A DNA stretch of 63,997 bases, counting the filler, from Sphacelaria rigidula (Eukaryota): assembly GCA_964200075.2 (NCBI GenBank). It is 3 parts of 3 records of this genome, joined end to end, with 100 filler letters (N's around TTAATTAATTAA, not from the genome) between each part and the next. Parts side by side here need not be neighbours in the genome. Positions count along the whole stretch, not along the records: positions 43,627 to 63,997 come from CAXNAA020000537.1; 2 more parts are not named here. One strand, written 5' to 3'. Positions 52,701 through 61,700 of the stretch are shown here, in pieces. The position numbers and the translations under genes are program-made. The notes beneath the pieces are model-generated. The model did not search any database and was not told where the DNA came from. It was given only the letters and a program-made list of their open reading frames with translations. Position 1 is the first letter of the stretch; each line of letters starts with the position of its first letter.

Positions 52701-55700
52701 CACTGTTGTGCATGGTGTAAGAAATAATCCCAGATCGCTCCGGGAATCGAACCCCGCAACTCAATCATCAGAAGGTTACCAAGTTACCAACCGAGCCAAC
52801 GGGGCGACCGGATGCGGAAATTCTTCACCAAAATTGGAAATACAAAACCGCACACGCGCCTGCATGACCAAACCGCTTTCCCCGGCCATTCAATTTCTTC
52901 AGCTATACTACAGACAATAACCGTGTTTGGAACAATATTTGAAATTATATTTGTGATGGATAGATGCTCGAGCGTCGATGACCGTCACGAAGTTTTTTAA
53001 ATGCCGACGTGCAAAAAAAACGCGGATTCACCTGTCGTCTATTCGCGGTCATGGACGCGACTACTTGGCAGGAGAAGTCAAGCGTCACACAAACAAGTGA
53101 GGCTGAACGACACGCGGTCACCGTGGTACCGACAGTCGTCGTACTACTTAAACCAAAGGGGTTGTTGTGTTCACAAAACCACACGGTATCGCTGCGGTCG
53201 AGTAAAAAGCCCTCATAAGGAAGTCGACAAGGGTATTGTCAGCATGAAGTTGGCTCAGACATAAAAAATGTAGATATAACCTGAGTCTAATCATCGGGCG
53301 TTCATCCACTCGAGTGCTACAAAATTGCAATTTCTTCGAGGACGGGTCACACAAAGGCTTATCAATGCGCATGCCTATGGATACAGCTAGCTCTCCCCTC
53401 AGACTTAGCCGCTTCGAGCTTGTTTCAGCAATGTATTAGCTCAGACGGTAATTCCAGTGTTGAAGCAATTCTTCATTGGAGGGAGTAGAATTCACCGTGA
53501 GAAGCGCTAGGATGTGCTTGCTACACGAATCAAAGAGAGCCAATTGACGTACCTATTTTTGAAGTCGAGAGGACAGATGTTCTCCCGTAAAGGAACGTCC
53601 ACACAGGGTCGAGAAACGAAACGGTGGAATCGAGAAAAAGATTTGCACGTCGATCGAAGACCAAAGGGAAGAGGGTAGCTCACGCTAGGGATCTTTGCAA
53701 TTTACCGGTGTCGCGCAGCGAAGAAATGAAGATTTCTACCCTGGAGTTCAGTCATCAAGCACTTCGCTGTGTCAACAAAGGGCATGTTATACGCCAAAAT
53801 CTCAGCATGCCAAGGAAAATCGGCAGATTTTGATGTTGCCGTGTTGCCGTGTAGCCGTGTGAATCACGAGGGTCTCCTCAGACTTAGCCGCTTCAAAGTT
53901 ATTTCAGCATAAGTTTGCTTAGACGGTAATTCCAGTCTTGAAGCAATTCCTCACCGGAGAATTTCCCCTGCACCGAATCGCATCTGAAAACGCCAAGTAC
54001 AACAACCGTGGTCAACACTCTGCAAACCTGCAGTGCTTTGTAGTAGAGACAACGTACAGTTGTACGAAGATAATACCTACTTGTGCTAGGCTCTCAACGC
54101 AATTTCTGCCACACACGAGTTGGGCCGTGAACGGTCCATATCAATCTTTATGGGACGGATCCCCAACTAACACAGGGTTGATCATGTGTTCGTGAATGAA
54201 TGAAAGATAAGTCAGCGAGCGACCTACCCAATCACGGCGAGGCGACGAGTATCGACGAGTGTGAATGCCACTGCAAGGATCGTGTGAGGACCCCATCCCC
54301 AGCCCAGATAAACCTCCCCAGGTTTTTTAATTCAGGGTGATCGCAGCTTGGTGTTTTACTTGGATGCAGTACTCGTTCATCGTTTCCGAGTTTCTCGGGC
54401 GGGTTTTCGGGTCGCAATTCTGTAACAAAACGTAGTAGTTACACCAAAACACGGTGGAACGGAAAAAAACAGGAAGGAGTGTACATACCCATGTGTACAT
54501 TTTTACGAGGCGCGCAACCCAGGTGAGCCGTGGAAAGACAAGGAGCTACGGTCATGAATTCTGCTCGTCCCTCTGCCGACGACTTGCAGTGTGCAATCAA
54601 TATTTATGTAGTTGGCGGGGATGAAGAAGCATATAGACGGTTGATCTCGGCAGCTGAGAATTGCCCAGAATGTGCAAGGGAGTGTGCAGCGGCAGCTGCT
54701 GCTGCAGTCGGAGAGGTGTACCCACTGCACCATACTGTACTGTATGCATGCGCGCCGCAACGCTGATACCCTTCAAAGGAAATTCCCGGTGTGGGCATTC
54801 CGTTGGGCAAAGGGTAACGATCGATACCATCAGCTTCGCCCATGTTGCCGCATGTCTCGAGAAATGGCGCACATGAGGTACTATACTACAATCAAAATAC
54901 TACGAGCAAAGACAGTCAAGTGCACCATATCTGGGTATCGCGTCCAAGTTTTTTAAAAAAGTGCTTTGAAATTTCTGGTGGAGAATCGCTAGGGCACGAG
55001 AAAAACAGAGAAATATCAAATTTCTTCATTTTCTTCATTTCTTGGTCCTTTCAGGGGAGTTCCAAGAAGAATGGACAATGCTCCCGGACTTCATTTTGGT
55101 TATTCAGCTCAATTGTTAGATTTGAGATTCGGAACTCATCATGGAGAACCGCGAAGGCATGCCGAAGAAAAAAATAAGCCTCCACTTTTTTCTTGACAGG
55201 TATGAGCGCTGAGGGGAGTTTCAACTAAGAATGAACGATGCTCTCGGGGCTCATTTCAGTTCATCACATCAGTTTGTAGAAATGAGAATCGAAACCCTTC
55301 ACGGAGAATTGCGGAGGCATGTCGATGAATAAAAAATACATCTTCACTTTTTTTGGAGAGATGTGGACGTTTGGACGAAGAGATGTTACAATACTCGAAC
55401 GTCCCACACATATAAATGAAAACACAAAGTCGAATTTTCCCGTGTTTTTGCCTCACCTCAACTTTGGAAGTGGGACTTTCAAATTTGGTACAGAGATTGC
55501 GTAGGGCATCAAAGGATCGATCGGGATGGTATTTGTTTTCGTGAATCAACGGAAATTCTCCAGTTTCTTCGTATTGATTATTGCTGTCACGTCACGGAAA
55601 ATACATATATATCACCGTCCCGATCAGTGTTTTTCATCATGCCCTGCTTTTTCTTTTCACCAACTTTAAAAGTTCAACTCTCAAAATTTAGTCAAGACGG

Positions 55701-58700
55701 GGGTCTGCAAACCACAAATTGGTGTCTTGGCTGGCTCAGCTCATACTCATGTTGCAAGATTTCTAGTGCACAAGCATCGAATCGTGGCCCTCATCAGGAA
55801 GTCGACAAGGGTATTGTCAACAGTTATTACCTCAGTGGTAAAGTTGTAGATATAACCTGGACGTAATCATCGGACCACTTCGATTCCGCTTCTTGTGCCA
55901 TCAAATTTCTACTGATAACGTAATTCAAAACTTAGGAGTAAGGGGTGTCCTCAGGCTTAACCGCTTCGAACTTGTTTCAGCAGGGATTTTGTCTCAGACG
56001 GTAATTCCAGTCTTGAAGCAATTCCTCACAGGAGACCCCTTTATGACACACTTCTATTCGATTAAATAGACATGACAAGTTGTGAACACACGGTGATCGA
56101 CAAGTGTTCGATGGGTTGAAACGGCGCGGATGAAGTTACCACACGTTGTAATATCACTGCCGTGCTATAATAGTAGAATCCATGCTGAGTACTTGGAAGT
56201 GGTCTCCTCAGGCTTAGCCGCTTCGAATTTGTTTCAGCAGGGCTTTGTCTCAGACGGTAATTCCAGTCTTGAAGCAAATCCTCATTGGAGAGCCACGCCG
56301 CGCCCCGATTGTGTATGGTCCGACTGTCGCCATTACAGTGGAGAGAAAGGGGGTTCGATTCCCGATGCGTTGGCTTCTCCTTCGTTAAAGCGTGAGAACG
56401 TGAGGAAGCAAAATATTCGACTGGGTTTGTGTGACGTGAGTTGACGCGGTGCGGGAGTGCTGTTAGTCATGACCCAATCCGCGATAACAAAATGAAAGGC
56501 GCGCACCGGGAGAAAGGGGTTGATCCGTTGAGAATGTTAGACCACGGACTCGTCCCGAGGGAGGGGTTCGAAGTGTAAGGGAAAAAAAAAAAGAAGGGCC
56601 TGACTCCGTTCGATGGAGCAGGTCCTCAGTACTCCTTCGAAGTGATGACTTCTTCGGGTTCATATCAACATGGGTTGGCTTCATCTATATCTCCAACCAG
56701 CACAGCTACTTTCTCGCGTAGTTAATCGTGCTACACTCTGTACAAACGCTTCTCGACCAAAAAGGCGTGTGATGACGAGAAAGTTTCGGACGTGAAAAAC
56801 AAGCGACGGACAATCCACTCGACGAGTTTCGTTTTCGAACAGTATACAGCGTTCTCCACCACAGCCCGCGTTGAGTTGTTTCGGCACGGCTTCAGCTCAG
56901 AGGGTCTATCTGTCGTGCAATATGTTTCATATTGTAGTCTCAATCCAACTGCACAAGGTACCAGTACTGCAATGTGCAGGTGTTCTAGGAGAGGAAGGTC
57001 ACTCCAGGCCCCGAACACGCTTCTTTCGCAATCCGAACTATACACAAAATTTTCAATAATCCGTGTCTCCTCAGGCGTATCCACTTCCAAGTTGTGTCAG
57101 CACGACTTCGGCTTAGACGGTAATTCCAGTCTTGGAGCATTTCCTCACAGGAGAACACCCGAGGTGCAACCAACTTTTTCCAGTAAATCTTGACTCTCAC
57201 TGCTGTCGAGCGTCTACCTCAGCGCCATCAGGTTGGGCTGCCATCAGTGTCCAAAGGGTGGCTACAACTTCCATGCTCTACCACTATATAGTCAAGAACA
57301 GAGCGTTCTATTTTCTCTTTGCATTGCCTCGTCCATGTCCATCGCGCCCTTGGCTTTGGTACTCTATCGCTCAGCGTCTTCATCTCACAAACCAAGATCG
57401 ATAAAAAACTGGACCATCGTGCTGTGCGTGCCATCACATCGCCTGTACGTCTCGAATGCACACGCGGAATAATCGGTACCACCACACCACAACAACCGAG
57501 CCAAATGGGCAACGGATGCACGGGTCTCACCTGCTCGTTCTCCGCAACGCTAACGGAGCATGTCGAGTACACGATCACCCCGCCGGTGGAGCTCTTTGTA
57601 CTCACAGCGTCAACCGCCGCGCACAGCAGTTCCTTTTGCAGATGTGCTGTTCGCTGAATGTCCTTCACCGTGCGCTGAATTTTTACAGACTGGTCGCGTG
57701 ATATAACACCCAGGCCTGCACACAACAGGGCAACCGAGCACACCATTTGCATTTTAGAGGCATCCTGGTAAGCTACACACTAGTTCATGATGTTGGAGAT
57801 ATCAGCACGACAGCGCCTTCAGCTATTCGAGTGTTAGAAAGTGATTAATTTAGATCAAATCACAGTAACCATAGAACCGATGAGCAAAGACGAACCACCC
57901 CGTGGCTGAGCATGCGAGAACAAAGATCGTGACACCGAGTCGAAGACTATTCACGGTTCGGACGAATCATCGCCGGTTTGAGCCACCAATTTCACGATTT
58001 TTCAAACCTGAATGCTCGAAAGCAAAAACAAAGTTGACCGCTGATCAAGGGGGACTCCACGCAATTTTCATGACACTTCACGTGCCTGAACTGGGCGTGC
58101 CTGTTTTGTTTTGTTTTCCCTACACTTCGAACCCCTTCCCTTCCTTGGGAGGCGTCCGTGGTCTCGAGGGATCGACCCTTTTCTCCTCCGAAGTGCCTCC
58201 CATTTTGATCTCGCAGATTTGATCAGCACCGCCCTAATGCGTCAACTCACGTCTCACAAACCCAGTCAACTACTTTTGTTTACTCACGTTTTCACGCTCC
58301 TCACGGTGGGAATCAGATATCACAATGAAAACCCAACGCACCGGGAATCGAACCCCCGTTCTCTCCGCCCTAATGGCCACAGTCGGACCATTACCCCATC
58401 GGGGCGTGGCAGTAAACGCTAAAAACGAACCTCAAGGGTTGATGCATACGTCACGAATCAACCAGGCTAAAATCAAGTAATTTCCGAACGAATCATCTAT
58501 TCGTCCCACCCTTGCAACTATCAACATAATTCAACAACTACGCATTAGATTGCACAACTACACGATACAAGCCAACTCCCGACCACCGATTGAGGCAGTT
58601 ACCCGTGACGCCGCGCCTCACCGCGACGTCGTATAAAAGAATCTCATACCTGAACACGGCGCGTCGAGCAGCACGCGGTCAATGCCTTTGAATGGGATCT

Positions 58701-61700
58701 TCCGCCCGTCGTGGCAACAAACCAACGCGTTCCGTACACCAAGGCGATGCAAGTTCGCCACCGTTGCTCTTTGCCGCTGTGATCGTCACGAGATGTTCAA
58801 TGTTGACAGACGAAGTAAAAGGCTGAGTTAGATCAGTGCATGACTGCATGACGCCACTTATTGGTTATATAAATGCTGTAGATTGACAGCAATCCTTTAG
58901 TCGCCCATATGTTTCCATATCCGGAAGCGGCATCATCCTCACTTGACAGAAATGGCATCTGTCACGTGTCCAACGAAGGGGACACATCGACCATCACAGC
59001 TGAAAATGATTCATCACTGCCCGGCAAGTACGTGATCCAAGACGCGGATGGCTGTCACGAGACCAAGTGAGGCCAAGACTCCATCGCCCACCAAACACTG
59101 CACAGCATTACCGCTAGACAGTACGGTGATGTCACCTCATCGCTACGATAGCGTGTTCGGAACAAACCTGTGGGCGAAGATCATTTGCGATGACCACCCC
59201 CGTATTCCGCATCAGTTGCGAAATGTACGTGGTCTTGCCCCCGGGAGCGGCCGACATGTCTAGCACGCGTTCTCCCTGGAACAACCAAAGAGGGGGATAG
59301 AAGAAAAGCGGTGGGGGTATCATCAGCATGGCATTTTTGGCCCCATTCAATTCCAGAAAAACATACACAAGGAACACTCAGTTTGCTCGAACGAACGCCA
59401 CGTAACTGCATCTTGCGACGCCACCGTCATTCAAGTATGACATAAGCGGGTGAATGGACGTACAGAGCTCTCTTGGATAAAAAGTATGTATAGCGATCAT
59501 CCTGTCCTACCGCGCATTTGTTAGCGAAGGTGTCTAGCGAAACGGAACATACCTGTTGTGGTGCCAACGCCATGACCGGGCACATAGATGCAGCGGACTG
59601 TAGCATGTAGTGTCCCGCGAGGTACTCGGGTGTTGCGCCAATCGGAATTTGGGACTCGGTTATCTTCAGGCCGACCTTGGACCACTTCGCCACTGGTTCG
59701 AGGCTGACCCCCCTTTTTATCAATGCCTGGGCACAGCAAATGCAGTAAGAATGACAATGAAAAATAACGACAATGCTCTCCATTTTCATCATATGCTCTT
59801 CGTTTCCCTCCTCTTCCGCTTTCCGCTTCCCTTGTCCCTCGCGGTGAGGCCTTTTCATCTCAGGCTATTCGGCAAAGACGATCACTTCATCACTTTTCTT
59901 GAGTAGTCACGCACACTGGTGAGCGCGATTTCCACAGGCAAACGGGCCGACCGAAATTTTGACTACATTTCATCATCATGTCCGACACAACAAGGGAACA
60001 CGATGAATATTGTATTTCACCTACATGAGCAGATAAGCACATACTACTAGTTGCCGCACACTTCACCTCTGCCAGATCCTTTCGTCTCGTCTTGAGTGTA
60101 TTGGCACGAATCACGAGGGGCCGAGGTTTGTCGCTGGCTTCGAGGAACTCGACGGTTTCCGCAGGAGAGAACATCTGCACCGTCATCAAAAGTATGCAAG
60201 AAAATACAGGCACAAAAAGACAAAATGCCATGCAACTGTGAGGAGGTAGTCTACTGTGCCGTTGGACACGAACTGTTCTTCACGGCTCGGATCGTAAATA
60301 TTTGACGACAGCGAAGTGTTCTGTCCGATAGCGACGCAACGGCAAGGCCAGGGCAGCACCATCTGCAGTGTAGCAGTCTGTTTGCCACAACAGTGCGGAG
60401 TCAGGACGATGCATTGTAGTCGAACCGAGTTGCTCATCTGAAAACCCACACACACACCTCCCACAAATCGCAGAAGCTCGCACCTCCACGAAAAGCTGAC
60501 TCCCTCATAATTTAATAAAGCTCGCCATCAAGACAAAAATCGAACATTACATCGCACTCCTGTGCAGCAACGCTTGCACACACACGCATCCCCCCAATTC
60601 CCGATCTCGGTTGCAAGTGCATATTAGCGCATCACCATATATCAAGGTTAACACCATTATCTCACAAGTGAAAGCAGCGGCTACTCACGACGAGGAACAT
60701 GTCGACGAGCTCTCTGAGGTAGCCGTAGTATTCCTTGAGATCCTTCGCTAACCGTTCAACGTAATCACCGCGGGATAGCGCAGGATCTCGTCGTTCCTGC
60801 TCAAGAGAAGGGAAGGACAGGACATACAGACGCTGTGAATTTCAAGGCATACTCAACAAACTCGTAACAGAAACAATCTCCCGATCTCGATGGAATATAT
60901 GTTTACTTTGGACGAGAGGACACAATCGTCTCGGTAAATGGTATGCCACTGATCCAAGACATCGTTCTAGTGCTTGCTTGCGAACGCTCCAGCAAATGTG
61001 AACGAAAGGTACCGCTCTTCTCCATCGCAAAAGGATATCTGTGAGGGATGAAGAGAGCCCAGCTTGAAGCTGAAAAATTCTTACTACTCCCTCATCAAAA
61101 AGTGAAGAATTTTTTCACCATGAGATCATCCGCGCGTCAGACTTTCGTGTTTCCTCGTCTTATAGGTGGTGGGGGGCGGGTCGGGGGTTTGGACAGGTCT
61201 CGCGCAAGTAATTTCAGTGACTTCCACCCGTGGATCATTCTCAGATCAAGTGTAGTTGATTCTAGTAGCTGATTTTAGTACGGTCAGCCAATAAAAGATT
61301 TCGGAATAGGCTGATTTCGGACACAGGGGTTTCCAAGCCTGCATTTTACAGGGGCACTCGAAGGGGGACGTGAAAATGCAAAACCGCTCCCACCTGGAAA
61401 TCACCCAGCACTTCCACGACGGACTCAATTCTTTCCTTGAGCACCTGGGGGGGCACGACCTCCTCACCCCCTTCTCCTTCTCCCCTTTCACCCATATCTT
61501 CCCCACTCTCCCCGTCGCCCGCAGCTGGCACAAGACCCAGCGCATCTCTACTCTCCAGAACGTCTCTTCGGAGACCTTCTTTGGCCTCCTCGAGTGCCTC
61601 AGCTTCCATCCTTGCTGATTTTTTTTCCAGCGCTCTCGATTGACGTTCGACCTGCGTATGGTCAAGTTTGGGTTGCCGACATGTCGTAATGCCAAAATAA

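Larger units (their letters stand above)
51055..53640. repeat. Near-identical ~550-bp direct duplication (51055-51600 and 53093-53640), similarity continuing with decay to ~51930 and ~53965
   Basis: Both copies begin ACAAGTGAGGCTGAACGACACGCGGTCACC. Each extended copy carries snoRNA B then A then A. Confidence 0.92.

Noticed and set aside
50215-57154. CRISPR-like repeat-spacer array
   Set aside because: Units are ~90 nt, spacers are irregular (60 bp to ~2 kb), there are no cas genes and the context is a eukaryotic intron. C/D boxes and rRNA complementarity explain the units.
59850-59900. GTGATGA followed by CTGA on minus strand in NOP2 intron 4
   Set aside because: No terminal stem or downstream D box; only an 8-nt rRNA match.
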